Positions 29,707 to 38,843 of a DNA stretch of 64,000 bases are shown one piece after another. Every line of letters begins with the position of its first letter. Positions within the stretch are counted from its first letter, which is position 1. The notes beneath the pieces are model-generated. The model was not told where the DNA came from, made no database searches, and worked only from the letters and a program-made list of their open reading frames with translations. Made by a program: the position numbers and the translations under genes. The DNA is from Candidatus Bathyarchaeia archaeon (GTDB taxonomy: Archaea > Thermoproteota > Bathyarchaeia > Bathyarchaeales > Bathycorpusculaceae), in contig JBEKKK010000001.1 in NCBI GenBank assembly GCA_050010755.1, forward strand, positions 160,001 through 224,000. The letters run 5' to 3'.

Positions 29707-30858
29707 GTGCGCATAAAACATAGGGTTTCGATTCAGGTAATTTCTAATATTGAGGGCTTACTTAAGATTGAGTACCAATGGAACACTTTAGTCAACAAGT
29801 CCTCAAACAACCCATTTTTACTAAGCGAATTTGCCAGGCAATTCATACAGCAAGGCTCGAGAGTTTGGGCTCCAATGATCCTCACAATTTCAGATAACCA
29901 AACAATCATAGGTATAGCTCCATTGAAAACGAGGAAGAACTTTACAGGTCGTCATGTCGATTTCTTGCATCCATTATGGTTTTCGGATTTCATTTTTGAC
30001 GAGCAGCACAGAAACGCATGTATTAAGTACACCTTTGACTTTTTGTTCAATACACTGAAGTGCGGCTATGCCAGCTTAATTCTTCCCGGCGACTCTCCAA
30101 ATCTCGAACTTCTAGAACAACAATGCAAAGTCAAAAAGATACATCTGAAAGCCACGCCTGAAATGGGGCGCAGAATTATCCCCGTAACATCTACCATTTG
30201 GGCCGAGTTTGAAGCATTACGAAAAGGGAAATTTAGAAAAGAGCTCAAGAGGAGAGAGCGAAATCTTAACAAAGCGGGTTCATGGACAACGATGTGCGTC
30301 GAGGGAAACGAAAAATCGGACATTTTTGAGAAAATCCTCAATGTTGAAAGGAAAAGCTGGAAACAAAAATGGCGGGTTCAAAGCGGAACCGGACCCGATT
30401 CGCTTTTGCTAGTAGTCCTGAAAGCAGCACAACGATTAGCCAAAATCGAACCAAGTTTCAAATGGAACACTTGGTTCATGGAACTCAACGGCAAAACAAT
30501 AGCCTATACAATAGTAATAGAGTACAAAGGAATCGCCTACATAGTGAAAACGTCGTATGACGAAAACTACAAGAGGCTCTGCCCCGGAATAGTCATCCAA
30601 AACTCAGTCATCCAAGGACTGCTCACCAAAGGACAAAGGAGTTACATAGATTTCATTTCAGATCTTCCTTACCAGAAAACATGGACCAGCAAATGCCTCC
30701 CTCGTGTCAAAGTCCAGCTCACCAAGGGTGCAATGCCTATCATTATACAAAGCTTTAAAGACGCAATCGCCGAAAAAGTCTTTTCTCGTTTTGTCCCATT
30801 CTTGAACCGCCAATCTTCTCGCAGCTCAATAGACGCGGATCAGAATCTTATCGCTTAA
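29707..30858 (+). CDS. GNAT acyltransferase, CelD/BcsL type
   Basis: NPFLL, GIAPL, VERKSWK, KTSYDE.Y....PG, DF. Confidence 0.75.
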   Translation: MRIKHRVSIQVISNIEGLLKIEYQWNTLVNKSSNNPFLLSEFARQFIQQGSRVWAPMILTISDNQTIIGIAPLKTRKNFTGRHVDFLHPLWFSDFIFDEQHRNACIKYTFDFLFNTLKCGYASLILPGDSPNLELLEQQCKVKKIHLKATPEMGRRIIPVTSTIWAEFEALRKGKFRKELKRRERNLNKAGSWTTMCVEGNEKSDIFEKILNVERKSWKQKWRVQSGTGPDSLLLVVLKAAQRLAKIEPSFKWNTWFMELNGKTIAYTIVIEYKGIAYIVKTSYDENYKRLCPGIVIQNSVIQGLLTKGQRSYIDFISDLPYQKTWTSKCLPRVKVQLTKGAMPIIIQSFKDAIAEKVFSRFVPFLNRQSSRSSIDADQNLIA

Positions 30859-30912
30859 CTCCGTCAAGAAATCGAGCGCACGCGGCCCTATATTGCTGGA
30901 GCTAGAAAGCAC

Positions 30913-32517
30913 ATGGAAAAAGCGTTTGAGATTGGAAAGACTTCCGCTACTGGAAGCTTTCAACTGCTCATAGGCGTGGCCACGTCCACCATAATCATGG
31001 CCGCAGGAGCTCTAATCCTAGGCAAACTCCTCACGAGCGATGAACTTGGGCTGTACGGGATCGTGTTGGTCCCGTCTACCCTGATAAACTTGGTCAGAGA
31101 CTGGGGAATAAACTCCGCCATGACCAAGTACATCGCCACTTTCAGAGCTTCAGGCAAAGATGAAGAAATCCACGACATCATCATCGCAGGGCTAACCTTC
31201 GAAGTTGCGTCCGGCCTTGCCCTGTCATTCCTCTCCTTGCTCTTAGCCAGCTTCATCGCCACATTTGCCTTTCACAGGCCAGAATCCGCATCCTACATAG
31301 CCATAGTTTCGGCCTCGATAATCTCAGGAGCGCTGCTCGCAGCCTCCCAATCCGTCTTCGTAGGGTTCGAAAGGATGAAACTCTACAGCTTCACCCAAAT
31401 CTGCCAATCAATAGTAAAAACCTTGGTGAGCCTAACCCTTGTCATCCTAGGATACGCCGTCCTAGGAGCAGTGATCGGCTACACACTGGGCTTCGTAGCC
31501 GCAGCAGTCATCGGATTAGCTATCTTCTATTTCTTCCTGTTCAGGCCTCTCAGAAAAAGGGCCACAGGAAACTCTAACATAACCAAAACGCTCAGAACAA
31601 TGCTAAACTACGGGGTGCCCCTCTCAATAGCCTCCATCCTCGGCGGCGTCCTCGCACAAATCTACTCTTTCATGATAATCCCCCTGACGACTAACGCCAT
31701 GTACGGCAATTATACGATAGCACTCTACTTCACCGTCCTCCTAACCTTTGTCACCGCTCCGATAGCAACGGTGCTGTTCCCAGCGTTCGCAAAGCTGGAC
31801 CGACAGAGCGAGCACGAACTTCTAAAAAACGTCTTTGCATCTTCAGTCAAGTACGCGTCTATATTGCTAGTTCCGTTCACGATGGTCATAATGGTACTAT
31901 CGGGCCCGATTATCGGCACCCTTTACGGGGGCAAATACCCCTCTGCGCCCCTCTTCCTAACCCTGTACGTCATAAGCAACTTGTTCGTCATCTTCGGCAG
32001 CCTAAGCTCAAGCAGCTTTCTATCTGGCTTGGGAGAGACGAATATCCTCATGATTCAGAGCATAGCAACACTGGTCATCGGCATTCCCCTGGGCATCGTC
32101 CTTATCTCAATGCTGGGGATAACCGGCCTCATAATCGCAACCGTGGTTTCAGGAGTGCCAAGCATGATTTGGGGCCTCTACTGGATATGGAAACACTACC
32201 AAGCCAAAGCGGACTTCAAATCCTCAGCAAAAATCCTCACAGCCTCAGCCATAGCCGCCATCCTTGCATATTTACCCACCGTCTTCCTCAACACTGCCTA
32301 CTGGACAAAACTCGTAATCGGCCTACTCATCTTCTTAGCCGCCTACATCTTCGGCGCACCCATCATCGGCGCAGTTAGCCTGACCGACATAACCAACCTC
32401 AGAACAATGTTCTCCGGCATGACCACAATATCAAAAATCATGAACATCCCATTAAAAGCCGCAGAAAAAGCCGCTGGGATCAAACCGTCAAACAAAAAAA
32501 CAGACGAAAAGCCTTAG
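30913..32517 (+). CDS. Wzx/RfbX-like oligosaccharide flippase (MOP superfamily)
   Basis: About 14 TMs, LGLYG, DWGINSAMTKY, VLFPAF. Confidence 0.88.
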   Translation: MEKAFEIGKTSATGSFQLLIGVATSTIIMAAGALILGKLLTSDELGLYGIVLVPSTLINLVRDWGINSAMTKYIATFRASGKDEEIHDIIIAGLTFEVASGLALSFLSLLLASFIATFAFHRPESASYIAIVSASIISGALLAASQSVFVGFERMKLYSFTQICQSIVKTLVSLTLVILGYAVLGAVIGYTLGFVAAAVIGLAIFYFFLFRPLRKRATGNSNITKTLRTMLNYGVPLSIASILGGVLAQIYSFMIIPLTTNAMYGNYTIALYFTVLLTFVTAPIATVLFPAFAKLDRQSEHELLKNVFASSVKYASILLVPFTMVIMVLSGPIIGTLYGGKYPSAPLFLTLYVISNLFVIFGSLSSSSFLSGLGETNILMIQSIATLVIGIPLGIVLISMLGITGLIIATVVSGVPSMIWGLYWIWKHYQAKADFKSSAKILTASAIAAILAYLPTVFLNTAYWTKLVIGLLIFLAAYIFGAPIIGAVSLTDITNLRTMFSGMTTISKIMNIPLKAAEKAAGIKPSNKKTDEKP

Positions 32518-32550
32518 CCACGCTTACCATCCTTTTTCGGAGCACCACCC

Positions 32551-32612
32551 ACGCAACATGAAAACTTACAAAGCAACATTACATCTGATGTAAAGAAAAA
32601 AAGGGGAGGGGG
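32551..32612 (+). repeat. Dispersed polar repeat, copy 1
   Basis: AACATGAAAACTTACAAAGCAACATTACATCTGATGTAAAGAAAAAAAGGGGAGGGGG. Confidence 0.9.
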
Positions 32613-32683
32613 CCAGCGCCTGTGCTGCGAGAAGTCTTAATACCGCCGCTTCTGCATAGTTTAAACCTGCATCAAACGACAAG

Positions 32684-33247
32684 ATGATTGCCGTGAGTTT
32701 AGAAAAAAGATTTCGTTCCTTGGGCGCGCTGATTCGCCGTTCAAAGAAAACAATTCTGCTCATAATCGTCGTAGTAGCCATAACGCTTCTGGTGAGCGGC
32801 ATCATCTCGATAATACTGGACAGCGGCAGCCTCGTAAGCCTCCCCAGCGTCGGCAACATCCACACTATAGGCGTCAAAGCCTACTGGGACCAGACCCTCC
32901 AGAACCAGACAACATCAATCAACTGGGGCACAGTCTACACGGGCGAATCCTACAACACGACACTGTACCTGCAGAGCGTCAGCAACGTCCCCACACTCCT
33001 CCAACTGACAACCACAAACTGGACCTTCATAACCACGAACAACACAATAGCCGCAGGACCGACAGAAAACACGCCCAACCTCAACCTAACCTGGAACTAC
33101 AACAACCAAACACTAAACCGCAACCAAACCATCCAAACAACCCTAACACTAACCGTAAACAGCAGCTACGACTTCGTCGCATTCCTAATAAACAACAACA
33201 TAAAACAAGTCACCATGGACATAATCATCCAAGCAAACGAAACTTAG
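32684..33247 (+). CDS. Membrane-anchored/secreted Asn/Thr-rich surface protein
   Basis: N-terminal TM, IGVKAYWD..., SINWG motif shared with 34495-34938, many N-x-S/T sequons. Confidence 0.7.
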   Translation: MIAVSLEKRFRSLGALIRRSKKTILLIIVVVAITLLVSGIISIILDSGSLVSLPSVGNIHTIGVKAYWDQTLQNQTTSINWGTVYTGESYNTTLYLQSVSNVPTLLQLTTTNWTFITTNNTIAAGPTENTPNLNLTWNYNNQTLNRNQTIQTTLTLTVNSSYDFVAFLINNNIKQVTMDIIIQANET

Positions 33248-33307
33248 CACACACAGGCAAAGCATGCCTGAAAGAACAAGCCATCACAAAAAAGAAAAAC
33301 CGTTCTA

Positions 33308-34222
33308 ATGCCAAAAAGAACCAAACCTTTTACATGCAGAACAATAGTGATAAGTCAGACATTAGTTCAAACCAAAAGACGGAAAAGTCTCAGCTCTCGG
33401 AGAAACTCCATCTTGAAAATCACGGTGTCATTATCGCCTCCCCCGCGCGAGATGCAAATCGGCGTCATCTTCGCAGTGACGGGAATCTTGTCCCTGCTCG
33501 TAGCTGTCTATAAGCAATCAGAAGTGTTAGCCTTCATAGGCCTCGGCCTGACCCTGTGGGGCGTACTTTTCTTCCTCGTAAGACCCGTAATGTACGTTCG
33601 CGGAAGCCTCCTCAACCCAGCCTCGGAACCGCTCTATTCCACGATAGATAGAATACTCAACGACTCCAAGTATGAAGGCAGAGCCCTCTACGTTCCGCCC
33701 TACCCCAAACGGGCATACCTGCCCGAGCATCTTAAGGGGCTTAAAGAAACCGTCGTTTTCATCCCAGCAGGATCCGACACCGTTCCACCGCCCATAGAAG
33801 AAATGGCAACCGGCAAGTTCATGACCCAAAACCCCAAAGGAATACTCATCACACCCCCAGGCTCGGATCTAATGGATCAACTGGAAAAAACCGCTAGAAT
33901 AGACTTCACCAAGACCAGCCTAGAAGATCTATGCGATATTCTCCCCCAGCAAATACTGGAAAACTTTCAACTCGCAAAAGAAATAGAAATGAAAGCCGAA
34001 AACAATCAAATCCAACTCAAAATTTCCGACTCCATCTACACAGATCTATACCGGGACGAGACGCTCAAAAGCCTCAAACTGCTAGGATGCCCCCTAGTAA
34101 GCGCCGTCGCCTGCGCAATAGCAAAGGCAACAGGTAAAACGGTTTCGCTCCAGAAAATAACCACTTCTCCAGATGCAAAGACCGTTGAAGTTTCCTACAG
34201 CCTAGTTGAGGCTCAGAAATGA
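33308..34222 (+). CDS. Hypothetical membrane protein with two N-terminal TMs
   Basis: Long ORF, GCPLVSAVACAIAK C-terminal motif; start uncertain. Confidence 0.65.
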   Translation: MPKRTKPFTCRTIVISQTLVQTKRRKSLSSRRNSILKITVSLSPPPREMQIGVIFAVTGILSLLVAVYKQSEVLAFIGLGLTLWGVLFFLVRPVMYVRGSLLNPASEPLYSTIDRILNDSKYEGRALYVPPYPKRAYLPEHLKGLKETVVFIPAGSDTVPPPIEEMATGKFMTQNPKGILITPPGSDLMDQLEKTARIDFTKTSLEDLCDILPQQILENFQLAKEIEMKAENNQIQLKISDSIYTDLYRDETLKSLKLLGCPLVSAVACAIAKATGKTVSLQKITTSPDAKTVEVSYSLVEAQK

Positions 34223-34425
34223 ATTTTCCAATGTCATTCTCTGACATTAGCCTGTGGCTGGCAGTCATGGCTATCATGCTTCTAGTAACTTCTGAACTGC
34301 TCACATCCTCAACCGGCCCCTTGAGAAACCTCGCAATAGAGAAAAACCGCCTCAGACTACTCGCACTGGCACTGGGACTAGGCTTCATCATCACAGTGAT
34401 AATGCGCGCCTTCAACTACACATAA
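34219..34425 (+). CDS. Small two-TM membrane protein
   Basis: ATGA overlap with upstream gene, two hydrophobic segments. Confidence 0.65.
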   Translation: MNFPMSFSDISLWLAVMAIMLLVTSELLTSSTGPLRNLAIEKNRLRLLALALGLGFIITVIMRAFNYT

Positions 34426-34494
34426 ACAGCACACAAACTCCCCCGTGCGCTCATTGGGCGAGGGGCGAGAAAAAATGGTTGGCGGCGTGTGTGT

Positions 34495-34938
34495 TTATTG
34501 TGTTCCTGTGATGGTTATGTCGAATGTGACGCTTGCGATGCCGACTGCGCTTGAGGAAACGTTGAGTGTTATAATTGCTGGGACGACTCCGGTGACTGGT
34601 AAGACCGTGTTCTGCTGGTTCCAGGTTACGGTGAAGTTTCCCTGAGCCGCCGATGGGTTCCAGTTGGCCGTTGCCATCGTTAACGTTACGGATACAGTGC
34701 CATTGTTCCTGACGTATACTGTTTGGGTCGGAGTGTCGCCCGGGTTCTGCATTCCCCAGTTTATGCTGGTAACTGGAATCGTGCAACTATTGTCCGAGAA
34801 TACGCCAACTCCAACAGCGTTCACTCCCATCGTATTGTGGAAGGTGCTCACAGAAGTCAACGCCGCGTACGTGGCTATTAGCGTGGCGAAAACCGCTACT
34901 AGTGCTATTACACCTATCGTGGAAGCTTTCATCGCCAT
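34495..34938 (-). CDS. Secreted beta-rich surface protein (paralog of 32684-33247)
   Basis: Signal peptide MAMKASTIGVIALVAV, VGVFSD..C...TSINWG..PG, VYVRNNG; tracked extension to 35217 is low-complexity readthrough. Confidence 0.7.
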   Translation of the reverse strand: MAMKASTIGVIALVAVFATLIATYAALTSVSTFHNTMGVNAVGVGVFSDNSCTIPVTSINWGMQNPGDTPTQTVYVRNNGTVSVTLTMATANWNPSAAQGNFTVTWNQQNTVLPVTGVVPAIITLNVSSSAVGIASVTFDITITGTQ

Positions 34939-34995
34939 CGTTTCATCACTTGCCAAATAGCTTGTATCAAGTCTTAATAAACCATACTGTCCTCC

Positions 34996-35097
34996 TGAAC
35001 AACAAAAATACACAAAACCAAAAACAACACAAACCCACCACAACAAAAAACAAAAACAAACAAAGAACCCAAAAAACCAAACAGCAAAATCCCAACC
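34996..35097. repeat. Low-complexity A/C-only tract
   Basis: About 100 nt almost devoid of G and T (CACAAAACCAAAAACAACACAAACCCACCACAAC...). Confidence 0.7.
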
Positions 35098-35290
35098 CGC
35101 CCAGACGACCATACTGCCGCACGAACCGCGACGGCCGCCAGGCCCAGCGCAAGCCTCAGAACGAGAACAGGAAATGGAAAACACGGTTACCGGAGATTCT
35201 GTGCGAGTAACATGCAAATTTACGCTTACACATTACAAAGCAACATTACAACAGACGTAAAGAAAAAAAAGGGGAGGGGGAGTCGTTCAC
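35098..35290 (+). repeat. Extended repeat unit A: GC-rich 65-bp leader plus polar repeat copy 2 (35209-35280)
   Basis: CGCCCAGACGACC...GGCCCAGCGCAAGC.TCAGAAC leader also at 35768; core TTACAAAGCAACATTACAACAGACGTAAAGAAAAAAAAGGGGAGGG. Confidence 0.85.
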
Positions 35291-35296
35291 AGCGAA

Positions 35297-35370
35297 ACGC
35301 AACATGGACACACACGTGGATCCATTACATCCCAACATTACATCTGATGTAAAGAAAAAAAAAGGGAGGG
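35297..35370 (+). repeat. Dispersed polar repeat, copy 3
   Basis: AACATGGACACACACGTGGATCCATTAC...CAACATTACATCTGATGTAAAGAAAAAAAAAGGGAGGG; first 28 nt identical to copy at 52493. Confidence 0.9.
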
Positions 35371-35413
35371 AGCAGCGCGCGCGAGGAAACGAAAACGAGG
35401 AGGTGAAAACAGG

Positions 35414-35695
35414 TTGAGCAAAGATCAAACAATCGGCGCAGCAATAGCCTTAGTGTGCGCAGTTGTAGGCGTACTCTACACTCTAGGACTCTTCTACTGG
35501 GGATACTGGACAGCCGGCCGCTCATGGGCCCTATCGTTCACACTCGTAGCGCTTCCAATGTTCGTAGCATTCATCGCAATAATGGGCATAGGCGCATGGA
35601 TAGGCTGGACAATGGCCACAACCCCACCCCCAAAACCAATAGAAGAAATAACAAGCGCAGACGAGACAAAACCCGCAGAAAACAAAGAGCCATAA
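35414..35695 (+). CDS. Small conserved two-TM archaeal membrane protein
   Basis: MSKDQTIG..., WIGWTMATTPPPKPIEEI; SD GGAGGTGA upstream. Confidence 0.8.
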   Translation: MSKDQTIGAAIALVCAVVGVLYTLGLFYWGYWTAGRSWALSFTLVALPMFVAFIAIMGIGAWIGWTMATTPPPKPIEEITSADETKPAENKEP

Positions 35696-35767
35696 CCAAA
35701 CCGTGCCGCCCGCTAGAGTCAAAGCCACCCTGGCAACCCGCAACACTCATTCCATTCTCTCTTCAGA

Positions 35768-35950
35768 CGCCCAGACGACCCTTCCGCCGCACAAACCGCG
35801 GCAGTCGCCATCGGCCCAGCGCAAGCTCAGAACACCCGTAAAAACACTGATTCGGAAACACGCACTATCAACATGGAAATTTACGCTGCAACATTACAAA
35901 GCAACATTACAACAGACGTAAAGAAAAAAAGGGGAGGGACCGTTCGCAGT
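35768..35950 (+). repeat. Extended repeat unit B: GC-rich leader plus polar repeat copy 4 (35869-35938)
   Basis: Direct imperfect duplicate of 35098-35290. Confidence 0.85.
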
Positions 35951-36120
35951 TGAAACCTTCCACCATGGCACGACGTCAAACATCACAATGCAACATTATA
36001 ATTAACCTCACAAACAAACGAAAAAAAGCCCGCCGTAAGCCACGGTCAAGCCTGTTTTCAACATCGTCTGTCACAAAACAACATTACAACTAACCTCACA
36101 AACGCGGAGACGGGAGTCAA

Positions 36121-36164
36121 AACGCAACATGGAAAACTTACAAAGCAACATTACATTACAACAT
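36121..36164 (+). repeat. Left half of polar repeat copy 5, interrupted by the integrated element (attL; DR TACAACAT 36157-36164)
   Basis: AACGCAACATGGAAAACTTACAAAGCAACATTACATTACAACAT stops before the palindrome. Confidence 0.85.
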
Positions 36165-36302
36165 AACCGACTCTTTTTGTCGGTTTATGAAGGTGCATTA
36201 AAATCGAAAAGTTAATCAGTTGATTAAAAAAGTCGAAAGTGCATAACAGAAAAACGTTTTAGCGACTCTGATGCTATATTTTAGGGAAAGGTGTGAGACA
36301 TT

Positions 36303-36728
36303 ATGGCAAATTCTGAAGAATACACAAAGATTGAAACTGTAGATTACGATTTTTATTTGAATAATGAACGAACAGTTTTCATTAAAAATTTTAAGGCTCG
36401 ATATGTGCCTATTCCCCTAGGGCTTGTAGGAGCCCTTGCAAGCGAAGCAATTCTTCACGCTGGAAAAAGTAAAGCTAAAGAGAAGAATCAGGAAATGAAG
36501 GATATGACTAAGGATATGACTTTAGATGAAAAATTGCAAAAAATCAAGGGCAGTTTTGCAGTAGCTCATAACGATGTAGAGTGGATTTGCCTTAGTAAAG
36601 GGCAATTGAATTTTAAAGCTAATAAAGTCTGGAAGTTTCTGAAGTTAAATAAGGAACAGTTTAGTCAATTCTCAAGTTTGCTTCCAAATATTCAGCTACT
36701 TAAGGATAAAACGAAAATAACCTATTGA
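36303..36728 (+). CDS. Hypothetical protein (element cargo)
   Basis: 141-aa ORF with SD-like AGGTG upstream. Confidence 0.6.
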   Translation: MANSEEYTKIETVDYDFYLNNERTVFIKNFKARYVPIPLGLVGALASEAILHAGKSKAKEKNQEMKDMTKDMTLDEKLQKIKGSFAVAHNDVEWICLSKGQLNFKANKVWKFLKLNKEQFSQFSSLLPNIQLLKDKTKITY

Positions 36729-36760
36729 CAGTCCAACAGAAGACAAACTAGAGGTTAAAA

Positions 36761-37171
36761 ATGAGCAATCAAATAGTCGGTAACATAGGTCTTTACTATA
36801 TATGCTATGAATTATCGAAACGAGGTTGGAATGTTTTACCAACCTCAAGAAACGCAAAGGGTGTGGACTTGGTTATCTATAGTCAGGATGTCACCCGTAA
36901 GCATACTTTACAAGTTAAGACTCTGAGAAAGAGAAACCCCGTTCCTTTTGGAAATAGACCAAGTTTAATGGCGGATTATTTGGTAATTTGCAGAGTATCG
37001 GGTGAGAAGCCAGAGGTTTTTGTTACAGAAATTAATGATGATATAAAAAATAGAATCGAGAAAAAAACAAAGAATGAAAAAATAAGCTATTGGCTTCAAA
37101 TAAAAAATTATGAAGAGTTTAAAGACAATTGGGGTATAATTGGTAACGGTTCACTAGAGGTTCAAAAATGA
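36761..37171 (+). CDS. PD-(D/E)XK endonuclease, Hjc-like
   Basis: G..G.......LSKRGW, GVDLV (catalytic D), LQVKT (Q-x-K). Confidence 0.7.
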   Translation: MSNQIVGNIGLYYICYELSKRGWNVLPTSRNAKGVDLVIYSQDVTRKHTLQVKTLRKRNPVPFGNRPSLMADYLVICRVSGEKPEVFVTEINDDIKNRIEKKTKNEKISYWLQIKNYEEFKDNWGIIGNGSLEVQK

Positions 37172-37803
37172 GTGAAAAGCTACCACTACCAGAACCACCA
37201 CTACCGCCGCCGCCACCACCCAATGACATGAGTGAAAAGGAAAGACGTAGGCTTGATGACCTATTCAATATTGCACTTGTGATTATTACCGTATTAGGAG
37301 CGGCTGAATTCGCATTCGTTGCCGCTGTTCTTTCTTTCTCCAAAGACATTAGCACGGATACCTATCTTAGCACGATAAGGTATGCCTTCTGGATTTCCAC
37401 GTATCCAATAATTTCACTTGTCATATGTTGGGTTTTGAAAGAATCTATTTCTTTTCTGGGAGTGCCTCAAGATGCTTCAAAAGTGCATATTGCAAACTGC
37501 ATCAAAAACCTAGTCGTGTTCGTTACAGAATTCTGCTGGTATTTTTGGGCGATTATACTCTATTTCTTCTTGAATTATTTTCTAACTTTCGTAACGGGGA
37601 ATACTAGTTTTCTCTTCACAATCTTTCATTGGGTCGTTACGGCAATCCCTTGGCTGTCTTTAGATGTTGCAATTGGATATGCTTACAGAAGAGCACTTGG
37701 AGATTTTTATTCTCCATGCAAATCAGTGGCATATTCTATGGGCGCATTTTGGTGTTCATTTATCACAATGATTTTTTACGCGCTAGCGCTTAGTATCCAT
37801 TAA
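37168..37803 (+). CDS. Multi-pass membrane protein with Pro-rich N-terminus
   Basis: ATGA coupling to nuclease, about 5-6 hydrophobic segments. Confidence 0.65.
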   Translation: MSEKLPLPEPPLPPPPPPNDMSEKERRRLDDLFNIALVIITVLGAAEFAFVAAVLSFSKDISTDTYLSTIRYAFWISTYPIISLVICWVLKESISFLGVPQDASKVHIANCIKNLVVFVTEFCWYFWAIILYFFLNYFLTFVTGNTSFLFTIFHWVVTAIPWLSLDVAIGYAYRRALGDFYSPCKSVAYSMGAFWCSFITMIFYALALSIH

Positions 37804-37870
37804 CTCGGCAACAGATAAAAAAAATACAGAAAGGCTCTAGTCAAGCTGAAAGAGGAAGAGCGGAATAAAG

Positions 37871-38221
37871 TTACCATGTACCTGAACCCGTGTCGTTATG
37901 TATCTTATCGCTAAATTGACAGCACATACGACACAAACCATCAAGAATGCTTTCTAGCTCTTCCTCTTGCTTCTTTTTCTTCTTTTCCGACATTTTATCT
38001 TTAAGGTTGCTTCTTGCCATTCCGTAAGCACAAATCATAAAGTCCAAGATGTGCTCGAAATCTCGAATCATTCTCGGTTTAAACGGTGCAACACCATAAA
38101 CGGGTTTAACGGGTTTAACAACGGGTTTAACGGTTTTCTGATTAGCTCTTCTCTCTCGCATGTAATTCTTAAAGTAGGAATTTCGCTTTTTCTTGTTCTT
38201 GAACGGCACAAATACCACCAA
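37871..38221 (-). CDS. Basic hypothetical protein
   Basis: YFKNYMRERR motif typical of viral small proteins, VKP repeats. Confidence 0.55.
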   Translation of the reverse strand: MVVFVPFKNKKKRNSYFKNYMRERRANQKTVKPVVKPVKPVYGVAPFKPRMIRDFEHILDFMICAYGMARSNLKDKMSEKKKKKQEEELESILDGLCRMCCQFSDKIHNDTGSGTW

Positions 38222-38233
38222 AAAAAGAAGGGT

Positions 38234-38665
38234 TTACTTTCTCCGTCCTTGTTTACTTGTGTGAGGTGTCGGTTTTTCTAAATAAGAAATTTCCGCTCTA
38301 AGATGTTTCGCTTTCTCTTCATTACCGCTTTCCTCAGCTAGTTTTAACTGTCTCTTCTTAGTTTCGATTCTCCGCTCTAGCGGTGTTAAACTGTTGAATC
38401 GTTCTCTCTCTTCTTTCTCCTTTTCCCGTGCGCTTTTGCTGTCTTGTGCTTTCTGTTGTTTCTTTTGCCGAGACTCTAAAGCGGTTAATTCATAGCGTTT
38501 ATGAAGGGTTTCATAGACTTCCTTCGGCAATTTGTCTTTGTAAAACTCGGTCAAAACCCACAAAACCCGTGTTGCACTCAGTTGATTATTGTCGGCACAG
38601 TCTTTTTGAAGCAACATAGCCAACTCTAACGGCAAATAAAGAACTATACCGCGCGGTGTTGACAT
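38234..38665 (-). CDS. Putative ribbon-helix-helix protein with coiled-coil tail
   Basis: IVLYLPLELAMLL strand-helix pattern at N-terminus. Confidence 0.5.
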   Translation of the reverse strand: MSTPRGIVLYLPLELAMLLQKDCADNNQLSATRVLWVLTEFYKDKLPKEVYETLHKRYELTALESRQKKQQKAQDSKSAREKEKEERERFNSLTPLERRIETKKRQLKLAEESGNEEKAKHLRAEISYLEKPTPHTSKQGRRK

Positions 38666-38675
38666 GGGTTAAGCC

Positions 38676-38837
38676 TCATTGAGTGGGGTTTTGTGTAATG
38701 GTTACTACACACTTAGACGAACCGCAATAACAACACCTAAAACGGTAAATCATACCGTTCTTGGTTGCTTTCTTGCCGTTCTTACTCATAAGAGTCTTGC
38801 ACTTGTCGCACCGTGGACGCTCGATATTTTCCGACAT
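38676..38837 (-). CDS. 53-aa zinc-ribbon protein (not in ORF track)
   Basis: Hand translation MSENIERPRCDKCKTLMSKNGKKATKNGMIYRFRCCYCGSSKCVVTITQNPTQ; two CxxC pairs. Confidence 0.7.
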   Translation of the reverse strand: MSENIERPRCDKCKTLMSKNGKKATKNGMIYRFRCCYCGSSKCVVTITQNPTQ

Positions 38838-38843
38838 TTCACA

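Noticed and set aside
32574-32597. Xer/dif site in the repeat palindrome
   Set aside because: ATGTAAA resembles a XerD arm, but the geometry is not 11-6-11 and the element is multi-copy
34939-35217. Cys/Phe/Val-rich N-terminal extension of the minus-strand surface protein, and ORF 34902-35210
   Set aside because: Artefact of the A/C low-complexity tract lacking stop codons
35209-36164. CRISPR array from clustered repeats
   Set aside because: Spacing is irregular, a gene lies between copies, copies are degenerate and dispersed over 23 kb, and no cas genes are present
38097-38135. AACGGGTTT tandem repeat as an iteron
   Set aside because: Encodes VKP repeats within ORF 37871-38221
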